Assembly (NCBI RefSeq): GCF_009914755.1
Contig: NC_060927.1
Reading direction: 5' to 3' (one strand)
DNA from: the human T2T-CHM13v2.0 reference genome, Homo sapiens
DNA length: 64,000 bases
Each line of letters opens with the position of its first letter. Within the stretch, counting starts at the first letter, position 1. The translations under genes were made by a program, and so were the position numbers. The notes under the pieces are model-generated. The model was not told where the DNA came from. It was given only the letters and a program-made list of their open reading frames with translations, and ran no database searches. This document shows, piece by piece, positions 27,591 to 44,810 of the stretch.

Positions 27591-27805
27591 GTTTGTGGAC
27601 AGTCTGGGGTACTACGGCCTGAGCCTCCAAGTGGGGGACTTCGGCCTGGACGTCTATCTGACGCAGCTCATCTTTGGAGCTGTTGAGGTGCCTGCCCGCT
27701 GTTCCAGCATCTTCATGATGCAGAGGTTTGGCCGCAAGTGGAGCCAGTTGGGGACCTTGGTCTTGGGTGGCCTGATGTGTATCATCATCATCTTCATCCC
27801 AGCAG
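27591..27805 (+). CDS. SLC22A13: SLC22A13 exon 7
   Basis: [12 protein letters not shown]...QRFGRKW...IFIPA|gtatc; 215 nt. Confidence 0.97.
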
Positions 27806-27995
27806 GTATCAGGGCTGGCTATCCCTCACCCGCATGCCCCCTCACCCACCGGCTGCCAGGGGCTAGACCAGTGGCCATTGTTCTGCTTCCAGGAGTAAAG
27901 GCTTCCCGGGGGTTTGGGTACAGAAGGGGTGGGGAGTTCCAGTGGATGGGACCGGCGTCAGGGCCCAGGTGATGGGGCTGTCTACCCTCTGCCAG

Positions 27996-28104
27996 ATCTG
28001 CCCGTGGTGGTCACCATGCTGGCTGTGGTGGGGAAGATGGCCACAGCTGCTGCCTTTACCATCTCCTATGTGTACTCTGCCGAGCTTTTCCCCACCATCC
28101 TCCG
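27996..28104 (+). CDS. SLC22A13: SLC22A13 exon 8
   Basis: [14 protein letters not shown]...[11 protein letters not shown]|gtaag; ELFPT motif; 109 nt. Confidence 0.97.
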
Positions 28105-28620
28105 GTAAGAGCTGCAGTGTGACTCCTGCTCCTCTGCTACTGAGATGCTGATTTGGCTGTCCCTCCTCGGCCCTCACCCCATTCCACAAATAGCTGACAG
28201 GGCTGGCTCTGGGGCAGCAGTGCTGGGCAGGGTCCAGGACAACTAGAAATCTAGCCCAAGCCCTCAAGTTGTCCCCAGAATGGTGGAGGACAGACAGGCA
28301 AGTAGGCCATGCCCTGGCGGTCAGGACAGGAATATGGGACACATCTAAGAATGAATGGCCACAGAGAAGGAGCACTTGGGGTGGAAGAGTGGTAAGGATG
28401 TGCAGCCTCTGACCTGAGACTTGACAGGCGAGCAGGGGTGTAGCAGGCAGGGAGCAGGGTTGGAGGCAGGAGCAGAGAGCAGGAACGCTGGCTGGGCTGG
28501 GTGAGGCTGGAGACCCTGCAGACCTTTGAGGTCTGGACTCTCCCGAGGAAATATACTAGGGTGAAGCTGAGGCCCAGAGTTGGGCCCAGGTCTACTTAGC
28601 TTGCCCTGGTCTTCCCCCAG

Positions 28621-28836
28621 GCAGACAGGCATGGGGCTGGTGGGCATCTTCTCACGGATCGGGGGCATCCTCACACCACTTGTGATCCTGCTGGGAGAGT
28701 ACCACGCTGCCCTCCCCATGCTCATCTACGGCAGCCTCCCCATCGTGGCCGGCCTGCTGTGCACCCTGCTGCCAGAGACGCATGGCCAGGGCCTGAAAGA
28801 CACCCTCCAGGACCTGGAGCTGGGGCCTCACCCACG
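28621..28836 (+). CDS. SLC22A13: SLC22A13 exon 9
   Basis: [17 protein letters not shown]...LLPETHG...PHPR|gtgagc; 216 nt. Confidence 0.97.
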
Positions 28837-29080
28837 GTGAGCTGCTTGCTTGCACTGAAACCACGACTTGGGTCTCACATTGGCCACGCACTCTATATGC
28901 CCAGGCCTCCACCTCATCACTCGTCCACTGTTGCCTAGAGGCTAATATGGGGTCCTCCAGAACCACAGACATCTGGCTGGCTTTAGTTCAGATTCCCCTT
29001 ACTTTGAGGAGGGAGGTGGTGAGGACACTGTCATGGGACCAATTCCTGGGCAGCCAATGACAGCCTTCTGCTCCCTCTAG

Positions 29081-29174
29081 GTCCCCCAAATCAGTGCCCT
29101 CAGAGAAGGAAACAGAGGCCAAGGGAAGAACTTCCAGCCCGGGAGTGGCCTTTGTGAGCAGCACATACTTCTGA
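29081..29174 (+). CDS. SLC22A13: SLC22A13 exon 10 to stop
   Basis: ctctag|SPKSVPSEKE...VSSTYF*; the ten exons sum to 1656 nt = 551 aa plus stop; class I PDZ-binding C-terminus (STYF). Confidence 0.96.
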
Positions 29175-30017
29175 TTGAGGTCTCTAAGAGCTGGACCATC
29201 AGCAGCAGGGAGCTGCCTAAACACCTCCTTGGATATGGCCAGGACCCACAGGGACACAGGGCAAGACCAGCCTTGCTTATGGAGGCAGGACACCACAATC
29301 TGGCCCATGGCTGTCACCTCCTGCCGAGTCCAATCCCAGACTGGGAACCACCATCTGAGACAGGACCTCCCGGCCTCCTTCACCTTTCTCATCTCCAGAG
29401 CCCTGCCCCCAATACTCTGTCTGGGTTAGGATCTTGGGTATGTCTTGGAATTAACTTGTCCTCTAACAATCTTCATGGGGTATGGCTCTCTTGATCTCCT
29501 CAATCTGGAGTCCCCTGCCCTCAAAACACAGTGATGTTCAGAACAGAACACAAGGTAAGCCCTTTCCAATTTGTGGGAACAGGAGGGGAGAGGAAACAAA
29601 TGTGAAGTTGTGGACTCTACCCAGGCAGGTGGATGAAAATGCTGTGGATAAAAGGAAGGTTATGATTCCTTCTAGCGGATGGACCAGATTCCTCTGGCTA
29701 ACGTATGGCCCCATAGGTCACTGGGTCATACAGAGAGAAGATTCAGTTCAGCCTAAATCAAAACTTCCACCTTGTGTTCACTTCAAAGATGGCCCAACCC
29801 CCGCCCTACACTCAGCTCATGCCTAACCTATGTGTGGCTCAGGGACCAGCTTGGGGAAGGAAAGGAGGTTTGTTCTGCTCCCCGCCTCACCCCGCCTCCT
29901 CCTGCTCATGCTCAGCTGCTTCTGGACCTTCCAGGGCCCATGCAGGGTGAGGGAAAGGGTAGAGGTCTTTTCACCGAGCTGCTGCTGGTTGCAGTTCTTT
30001 CTGGTGCACATTGGCTA

Positions 30018-30550
<533 letters not shown>

Positions 30551-31149
30551 GATGGCCTTCTTAGATGGGCGCCCATAAAGAGACCTCAAGCCGGACTGCC
30601 TTCCTCAGCACCTCCTTAGCCTGCAAGAACACCATATATCATTGTGTCACCAAATGGTAGATAGAAAAAGAGCTTGCCTGGCCACTGCCCCTGCCTTGCC
30701 CCAGCTAACCTCCCACTAGGGAGAAGGTTTCAGTCTCTCTTCTCACAGGCACCCCAGCTTGCTCACCTTCTCCTGCATGGCTGGTTCGGGGTTGGGCGTA
30801 GATGCTGGACCAGTTTCCTGTAAACCCAGCATGGAAGTGTTCAGCACCTGTCTTCCAAACACATGGATATTCCTCACTCACGATTCTCAGCTTTGAAGTG
30901 CTAGACAAAAGCTCTATTTAGCTTCCTACTGTGTGCCCATTCATGGCATCCTCTTGGGGAATACTAGCAAGTCTTTCTGGGCACAATGTGTCTCTCAGGC
31001 TGAAACTGCCAAGGGGTGCGGAAAACCAGATAGAAGTGGGGAAAGGGCCATTTCCCAGCTAAAGGCAGTTTCCTCCTCTAAGATATGGACACTTGCTCCC
31101 TTTAAGACGGAATGATTGTCATTCCCAGGAAGAGACCTGAATGGCCAAG

Positions 31150-31290
31150 ACTGGCTAATTTTTGTATTTTTGGTAGAGATGGGGTTTTGCCAAGTTGGCC
31201 AGGCTGGTCTCAAACTCCTGAACTCGTGATCCGCCCACCTCGGCCTCCCAAAGTATTGGGATTACAGGCATGAGCCACCATGCCTGGTCC
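31150..31290 (-). mobile_element. Alu left-arm fragment
   Basis: ctggctaatttttgtatttttggtagagatgggg...gagccaccatgcctggtcc; no right arm or tail. Confidence 0.8.
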
Positions 31291-31574
31291 CTGGAGACTT
31301 TTTCTTTCCTTTTTGGGGGGATTATGGTTGGTTGGGGAGAAAGATTTTTTTTTTTTTCTGTGTGTATTTAAAAGTGTCCTGTGGTTTGCTCTGATGAATG
31401 GGTAAGTGTCCTTTAGCAGTCACTGATGGGAGGTTGGCTGCTGAGGCCTCTGGGACTCTGAAGGAGAAGATATGCAGCTTCACTGGACCCTGGTTGTGTA
31501 TCTCCTTGATTTTGCTCCTCAAAGGTTACGGCAATGGTGACTATCAGTCCTAAACATTTAGTCCAGGTGTGTGA

Positions 31575-32101
31575 AAGCGAAACTGTGCCCCAAACAGTTA
31601 AAGACACCAATGACTAACAGAAATTCTTGAGTTTGCAGGATGGTAGGTAAGCAAAGAAACAACTTGCTGAGATGCTGAAAGTCCCTCCACTTGTAAGACA
31701 ACAAAGCTGGCTAAAATAGGTTGGAACCAATGTGGCCAACTAGAGTCTGTGCAGTACCTGCTTGCTGACATCACAGCCTGAATTTCCACTGCGTGTTTCA
31801 TACTCACTCCCCCCGTACCTGCCCATGTGATCTATGAGGTGTCATGAAGAGAACTGCGCATGCTGGAGGACTTTCCAGGCCTCCTCTTTCCTTCCACTAA
31901 TCACCTGCTAATCTCAGAATCCCGACACCTTTTCTAATAAAAACACTGCCTTAGCACCAGCCCAGGGAGACAGATTCAAGCTGGACTCCTGTCTCCGTGT
32001 CGGCCGGCCTATAATTACAAGCTTTTCTTTTCTCAAAAACCCGGTGTCATCATATTGGCTTCTAGCACATTGAACAGCAAGCCCCTTTCTGCCTAGAAAC
32101 A
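31575..32101 (+). mobile_element. Solo ERV LTR (LTR47-like)
   Basis: LTR-like U3/R/U5 with AATAAA at 31936, gggagacagattcaagctggactcctgtctcc and ttttctcaaaaacccggtgtcat...aaca end; family by recall. Confidence 0.6.
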
Positions 32102-32340
32102 ATCTGACCCTCATATTTACTAGTTTTCTCAACCTGTAACCAAGGGAAACAAAAATGACCTCCTAAATTTTTAACAAAGGCAATCAACATTTGTAGCTGG
32201 TATGAATATTTGTTCTGTAAACTCATATCTGCAGGCAACAGAATGTTTCTTTAGCCTATGAGCCTCCATCTTGCTGAGCTGATTGGAAATTCATCTCAGC
32301 TGTTATTGGGGCTCTTCTCAACCCAGAGAGTTCTGGGATC

Positions 32341-32638
32341 TTTTTTTTTTTTTTTGAAAAGGAGTCTCAGTTTGTCACCCAGGCTGGAGTGCAGTGGTGC
32401 AATTCTCTGCTCACCGCAACTTCTGCCTCCTGGGTTCAAGCGATTCTCTTGCCTCAGCTTCCCGAGTAACTGGGATTACAGGTGTGCGCCACTGCGCCAG
32501 GCTAATTTTTGTATTTTTAGTAGAGACAGGGTTTTGCCATGTTGGCCAGGCTGGTCTTGAACTCCTGACCTCAGGTGATCCGTCTGCCTCAGCCTCCCAA
32601 AGTGCTGGGATTACAGGCGTGAGCCACCATGCCCAGCC
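32341..32638 (-). mobile_element. Alu (S-type)
   Basis: Alu consensus, TSD gagttctgggatctt. Confidence 0.92.
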
Positions 32639-33035
32639 GAGTTCTGGGATCTTATGTAACCAAAACAAACCAAAACAAAGGGGTGCTCCCACCCTGCTCT
32701 TCAGTCTCACTGATGGCTTCTGGGTGCTCACTGTGCTGTCTGCTTGGTCCCTTTGACCCCCAGAGTGCTGCTGCTCAAGAGTGGGGAACTCTAGGGGGGA
32801 TGAGGGGCCTAGGACCAACCACTGAGGTGACCTGCAGACACCCCGAGGGAGGTCTGGTGAAAGAGGAAGGATCTGATGCCCCAGATACCAATAAGATTGC
32901 AGTGCCCTGCCCCCAAACAAGTGAAGATTGAGCCATAGGAAACTGCAAAAGAGCTGTAAGTAGGTTTCCCTGTGATCAATACTTCATTTTTTTTCAAATA
33001 TATGAAATTCTTTTAATTTTTTTTTGTGTCTTAAG

Positions 33036-33442
33036 TGTCTGTGTTAGTCCATTTTCTGTTGCTTATAACAGACTGCTTGAAACTGAGTTATTTATAAAGA
33101 AAAGAAATTTATTTCTTACAGTTCTGGAGGCTGGGAAGTCCAAGGTTTAGGGAATACATCTGGTAAGGGCCTTCTTGCTGTTGGGAACTCTGCAGTCTCC
33201 CAAGGGGGCACAGGTGAGGGAACCGAGCAAGCTAGCTTGTCTTTCTTCCTCTTGTTATAAAGTCACCAGTCCCATTCTCATAACTCATTAACCCATTAAT
33301 CTACTAATCCATGATTGGTGATTCATGGATTAACAGATTACACTCATGACCCAATTACATCTTAAAGGCCCCATCACGCTACCACACTGGAGATGAAGTT
33401 TCAACATGAGTTTTGGAGAGGACAAATATTAAGCCATAGCAA
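33036..33442 (-). mobile_element. MaLR LTR (MST/MLT1A-like)
   Basis: ttagtccattttctgttgcttataacag...cagttctggaggctgggaagtccaagg...tttcaacatgagttttgg...ccatagca. Confidence 0.75.
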
Positions 33443-34584
33443 TGCTCTAATTTTGTTGAGGTCCTAAGTACATGCTGTACTGGTACAAGGATGGTCTGCC
33501 TTGTACTAGGCCCTGTGCTGGTTTTCCTGTCCTGCCACTTTGGCCTCCCTTCCCCCAAGCATGAAGCTTGAAGCCCTGTTCCTGCAATCTGGCAGAGGAG
33601 GCTTCTAGCTTATGGGGGAGATGGGTCAGACCCCGGCAGCTCTGACCAAGGCTGGTTGGCAGGGGAGTGTCACGGAGAGACAGAGCAGAAGTGAGTGGGG
33701 TAGGGCCAAGCCATTTCCAGCTGTGGGCTCAGGAAGGCTTGAAGGATAGTTGATAAATGAGTGATATCTGGAAGGACAGGAGAATTTCCGAGAGTGGAGG
33801 TGGAGCCCTCGTGTGGAGGAAACAGCCTGCACAAAGACAGGGGCAGGGGGGTTCGTGTGGCAGTTTTCCTGACCTGCCTTGCCCCTGGAGGCTACAGCCA
33901 GTTGTGTCCCTGGAGTAGAATGCTGACCCTCACCATTCCCAGCTCACCCCAAGGACCTCCCCACCCCATTGTGACACTACTTCCTGGACACCAGTGGAGC
34001 TCAAAGGTTCTGCTTCCAAGGGTCTGGCTGGGCCTGGATTGTGGTCAGGTGGGCCCTGGCTTTGGCTTGCGGTCCTGCCTACAGGGAGGCAGGGCCGGGA
34101 GGGTGTGGAGAGTAGAAATTATGATGACCCCTGGCAATTTTGCGGCCGCGTTCTCAGCACAGGTGTGGACAGGAGCCTGCCTGGGCCTGTTTGGCTGTGG
34201 GGAATCTGTGGAAGGAGCGGGCTGCCCTCCCAGAAAGCGTGAGTTCTCAGGTGTGGCGTCTGGCCATCTCCTGCGGCAGGTGGAGTGCTCCTCCTGGCTA
34301 TGCTTCTCCCAGGCCTCAGTTACCTCTTTGGCACATTGAGAGCCAATTGCCTGGGGCCTGTCCACCTGGCAGAGGACCTTTGGGATGAGTAGAGGGAGTG
34401 AGTGCTCCAGGGTATTGGGGTATCAGGTGGTGCTGGGGGATGCTGAAGCGGTCCCTGCAGAGGGAGGCTGGTACAGATGGCTCTGGTCCAGAAGCCACAT
34501 CTCTGAGAGGACAGCGGAGGCTCTCCCTCCCTGGAAAGTCTCCTTTATCCACCTCCACCCTCTCCAGCCTTACACACATACATC

Positions 34585-35060
34585 CTGTATTGGTTTCCTA
34601 TTGCTGCTATAACAAATGCCCACACTTAGTGGCTTGAAACAGCAGAGACTTATTACCTTATGGTTTTGGAGGTCAGAAGAACAAATGGGCCTCAGCAGGC
34701 TAAGATCAAGGTCTCAGAAGGATTGCCTTCCTTTCTGGAGGCTCTAGGGCAGAGCTCATTTCCTTCCTTGCCTTTTCCAGCTTCTAGAGCCTCCTGCATT
34801 CCTTGGCTCTGGGACCCCTTGCATCTTCAAAGCCACCGACGGCTGCCCAAATCTTTATCACGCTGCATTTCTTTGGGTCTTATGCATTTAAGGATCCTGG
34901 GATTAATGGGACCTACCTGACAATCCAGGATAATCTATTTTAAAGTCAGCTAAGTAGTAACCTTAACTTCATCTGTAACTTTAACCCCCCTTGCCATGTA
35001 AGGAAACATATTTACGAGTTCTGAGGATTAGGCATAGATCTCTCCGGGGGGCGCTTATGC
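34585..35060 (-). mobile_element. MaLR LTR (MLT1C-like)
   Basis: tgtattggtttcctattgctgctataacaaat...gccttttccagcttctagag...aatccaggataatct. Confidence 0.75.
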
Positions 35061-35126
35061 AGCCTCCCCCACCTCCCAGCACACACACATCTAAGCATGC
35101 TCTCCCTCTGTGTTCCCTGCCTCTTA

Positions 35127-35711
<585 letters not shown>

Positions 35712-37039
35712 TCACATTCCAAGACACAGTGAGGCACCAAATGGGCTAGCCAAGGGAAATGTGTCTGCAGGCTGGATTTGTCCCGTAGACGATGAGCTGG
35801 AGACCTCTTCCCTGGATTATGGAACAGCAGTCGCAGTCTGAGAAGGAGGCATCCCCCTCGTGTGACTGGTAGAAAACTAGGGGCCCAAGAGGGAAAGGGG
35901 ACTCCTCCTCAAGCAGACAGCTCTTCTCCATCCCTGTCCGCCCTGTCCGATAGTAGAGCGAGGGGCTCATGGTGGCTTCTGAAAGTGGCCCTAGCCTTGG
36001 CTAGGGCTAGTGGGGCAGCTTGGTGACATGCCCAGGTGAGGACCCCATGGGGGCTGGGGGCCAGGCTGGGTCACTCCTCCAGGGCCGGCCTAAGAGGGAT
36101 AGATTTGGCGAATGCAGCTCGGCCTCCCCACAGATCCCTGCCCTCTAGGCCCACCACAGTGCCATCCCCAGCCAGGCAAGGGCCCCTGGTGTCCCAGCCA
36201 AGGCCCGTCCTCTAAAGAATTCTCTGAAGAAACTTTCCCAGAATGCTGGGAATGTGCAGGGATCTTGGCAGAAATGAGAGGAAGAACTTAGAAAGGAGGC
36301 CTCCGCTAATCATTACAATATGCCTCAGTGTCTTCTGCAGTGCTTAGGGAGCAAGTTCCCGTGAGACGAAGGACCAGAGCGTAGGAAATGTGAGAATACA
36401 TGGAAGAATGTCCCCTTCAAGGACACCTGGCCTGACAATGTGGGTGATCAGCCTCCCACAAAATTAAAAAAAAAAAATCACAAGAACAGAGACAAGGGTT
36501 CTCATCATACTACGAAATGACCGAAAAGCAATACAAATTATAAGACCCAATGCTGCTGGTGGGACTGTAAGGAAATGGACACCTCGTGAACTGTTGTGGA
36601 CTCTGAAATGGGTTGCTCTTTCCGGAGGACATTACGAGCCTATGTTATAAGAGCCATATAAACAATCCTACTTCTTGGACCTTAGCCCAGGGAAGAAAGA
36701 CAGCCTTCTGCACCATAATGTGTACAGAAAAGTTGTCTGGGGTAGTGAGGAAGCAGTGAGAAACAGCCTTGGTGCCCAGTAGCTACCATGAAGTAAACAG
36801 CACCTTAACAAAGATTCCGTAGCCATTAACATGATCAATGTGAAGATGAGTTTTGGCTGTGGAAAATACTAAGAGCAAGTAGTAGCAGGCAGAAGTTCAC
36901 TACACTAAACAGGGGATACCCCCACCACAGTGGGGGACTGCTGCCTTTATCAGTCTCCAGCAGAGGGGAGGGGGCCCTGCAGGAAGAGCAGGAGTGGATG
37001 TTTCAGGAGAGGGTCCTTGGGCACAATATTTTTTCAAAA

Positions 37040-40915
<3,876 letters not shown>

Positions 40916-41127
40916 TTGCAAAAAAATGAACACAGACTTCCCATTCCTTCCACACCCAGATTCCCCTAATGTTGGCATCTTACTTATCTAACCCAGAAAA
41001 TTAACACTGACATGATACTATTAACTAATCTATAGACCTAACTTGAACTTGGCCAGTTCTCCCACTAACATTCTTTTCCCAGTCTGAGATCCAATCCAGG
41101 ATCCCACACTGTGATTCGTTGTCATGT

Positions 41128-41888
<761 letters not shown>

Positions 41889-41946
41889 GTTCTCCCTCTC
41901 AACAGGAAAACTCAAGTGCTGTTGGGGAGGTTGGCCAATGACTGCT

Positions 41947-42209
41947 CTAACTGCTTCCTGCGGAATTGGGGCGTAGTAGGGGTCATGCAGTTGAGATTTC
42001 CTTGGGAGGGGCGCCTTCGATGTCATCAACATTGGAGCGTGGGCTAGCAGGCCAGTCCAGGGGTCCGTGGTAGATCTTAGTCATGGACTGCATCTGGGGC
42101 TCCATTTGAAGATCGATTTGTAGTTTTACAGCTTTGATTCTGGAAGAGACAAACTTAACAAAGAGGTTAAAGAGACAGGGATTGAAATGTATGGCCTGCA
42201 GTGTAGGGG
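41947..42209 (-). pseudogene. HERV-W env remnant (35-nt SU island plus TM cytoplasmic tail)
   Basis: Minus-strand translation PLHCRPYISIPV, then PCLFNLFVKFVSSRIKAVKLQIDLQMEPQMQSMTKIYHGPLDWPASP...LLRPNSAGSS*, syncytin-1/MSRV-like, with an internal stop. Confidence 0.88.
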
Positions 42210-44810
42210 ATTATTTCTTTGGCACACTTTACAGGCCCTGACTATCTGCTTGACAGTTTTTAAAAGGCCTAGTCCAGTAAACAATAATTTGGCCATCTGA
42301 TGGGTGCTATCAATGCCTAAGTGAAAGGTTTGGTGAAGGATTTTAAGTAATTTTCATTGGTTAGCTGCAGGCAAAAGTATTTTTCCTTCTTCGTTGGCTA
42401 GCCATCCTGAGAGGAGGAAACTATGTCCTCATGAGGTTCCCTATTCTATTTCTCCTGTTGAGTACTGGGGCTTGGTTTCCCAGAGGGGATTAACCCATAC
42501 TAGGGGTCCTTCTATAAGCATTTTTAATGAAGGGTCCTGCTTTGTGGCTCTTTTGGCTTCAATATCTGCTTGGTGGTTCCCTTCTATTTCCTTTTCCTTT
42601 CCTTTCTGATGACCCTGGCAGTGTAAGACTGCCACCTCTTTAGGTTTCTGTACAGCCAATAATAATCTCCTAGTGGCTTCCTGATGTTTGATAGGTGTTC
42701 CCTCAGAAGTTAGGAATTTCCTTTCTCTCCATATTGCTGCGTGGGCATGGAGGACTAGGTAAGCATACTTAGAGTGTGTATATATATTTACCCTTTTTCC
42801 TTCTCCTAATTTTAGTGCCAAAGTGAGGGCTATTAGTTTTGCCAGCTGAATGCTAGTTCCTGGAGTGAGGGGATTACTTTCAAGTATTTAATTATTACTG
42901 ACCACTGCATACCCCGCTTTTCGAAGTCCTTTTTCTACAAAGGAACTTCCATCAGTATACAAGTTGAGGTCGGGATCAGTCAAGGGAACCTCTAGAAGGT
43001 CCCCTTGAGCGGCGTAGGTTTGAGCAATCACCTGTTGACAGTTAAGTTCTATCTTTTCTTCATTGTCTGGAAGAACTGTGGCTGGGTTAAGAGTTGCACA
43101 AGTGCACAGTTGCGGCACTGGCCCTTCAAGTAATAGAGGCTGATATTTAAGCAAAAAGTTGTCTGACAGCCACAAGTCTCCTTTAGCAGTGAGTATGCCA
43201 TTTATATCATGAGATGTCCACACAGTAAGATTTCTTCCCTGTATTATTTTAACTGCTTCAGATACTAGGACTGCTACTGCCGCCACTACCCGTAAACAGT
43301 GAGGCCAACCTTTTGCCACTACATCAATTTCCTTACTGAGGTATGCCACGGGATGCAAGCTGATCCCTCAGACCTGTGTAAGGACTCCTAGAACTATTCC
43401 TGTTTTTTTCTGTGACATATAAAGAAAAGTCTTGCCCCGTTGGCAAGTTTAACACTGGGGCTTGGGTTAGGGCCTTCTTTAGGGCCTGGAAAGCTGCTTC
43501 TGCTTCAGGTGTCCATCTTACTAAATGGGTATTGGCTTTTTGAGTTTCCTTAATTAGTGTATATAATGGCCTGGCTATTTCGCCATACCTGGGAATCCAT
43601 ATTTGGCAGAAGCCTGTTATGCCAAGGAACTCCCTTAGTTGCTTTAGGGTTTTGGGATGAGGAAAAGCCAGTGTAGGCTGGATACATTCTTCACTGAGGG
43701 TCCTGGTGCCTTTGGATAATTTTAGCCTTAAGTATTTAACCTGCTGTGAGCAGAGCTGAGCCTTTGGTTTGGAAACCTTGTAGCCACAGGTGGCAAGGAA
43801 ATTTAAGAGCACTTGGGTGGCTTGATGGCACAAGGTTTCTGAACGGGTGGCTAAAAGTAAATCATCCATGTACCAAAGGACAAGAGTGTCCAGGTATGAG
43901 AACTGGCTCAAGTCTTGGGCTAATGCCTGGCCAAATAGATGGGGGCTATATCCCTGAACTCTTGGGGTAAAACAGTCCAGGTGAGTTGAGATGTTGGGTT
44001 AGAAGGATCTTCAAAGGCAAACAAGAATTGAGAGTCAGGATGTACAGGGATGCAGAAAAAGGCATCCTTAAGGTCCAGGACTGTAAACCACTCTGCTTCC
44101 TCTGGTATTTGGGAAAGCAGAGTATAAAGGTTAGGTATAGCTGGGTATAGAGGGACAACAGCCTCATTGATAATCCTGAGATCCTGCACTAACCTCCACT
44201 GTCTGTTGGGTTTCTGTACTCCTAAAATTGGAGTATTGCAGGGGCTACTGCATGGTTTTACTAGGCCTTGGGCTTTTAGGTTCTTAACAATTTTTTGGAG
44301 TCCTTGTTGGGCCTCGTGTCTAAGGGGGTACTGCCTTTGGTAGGGAAAGGAGGCAGAATTCTTTAGTTTAATTTGAACAGGACGGGAATTCTTTGCTTGT
44401 CCATATTGTCCTTCTGTTGCCCAGACTTCAGGATTAATTCCTTCCTCAAGCAGGGGACAACAAATGGGTGTTCCTTCTCCTATGTTCGGGTGTGTAATGG
44501 CTCCTGCTTTTGCTAGAATGTCTCTCCCTAACAAGGAAATGGGGCTTTCAGGCATAATTAGAAAATCATGTGAAAAGAGTAAAGTTCCCCAGTCACAACT
44601 TAGTGGCTGGGAGAAGTATCTAGTGACTGGCTGTCCTAGGAGCCCTCGGATAGTGACAGATCTGGAGGACAGTTGTCCAGGACAGGAGAGTAAGACTGAG
44701 AAGGCTGTGCCAGTGTCCAGGAGACAGTTAACCTCCTGGCCCTCAATGGTCAAGCATACCCAGGGCTCTGTGAGGGTGATGGCATGGGCTGGTGCTTGCT
44801 CCGGGAACCC
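42205..44810 (-). pseudogene. HERV-W pro-pol (protease, RT, RNase H, N-terminal integrase), frameshifted
   Basis: LLDTGT protease motif, LVQDLR/LDLKDAFF/LPQ/YMDD RT motifs, YTDGSSF RNase H, CKVC zinc-binding; split over several ORFs. Confidence 0.93.

Noticed and set aside
43333-44753. HERV-W pro/RT ORFs as a functional polymerase
   Set aside because: A frameshift between the LPQ and YMDD regions, stops in gag and a deleted integrase core rule out replication competence
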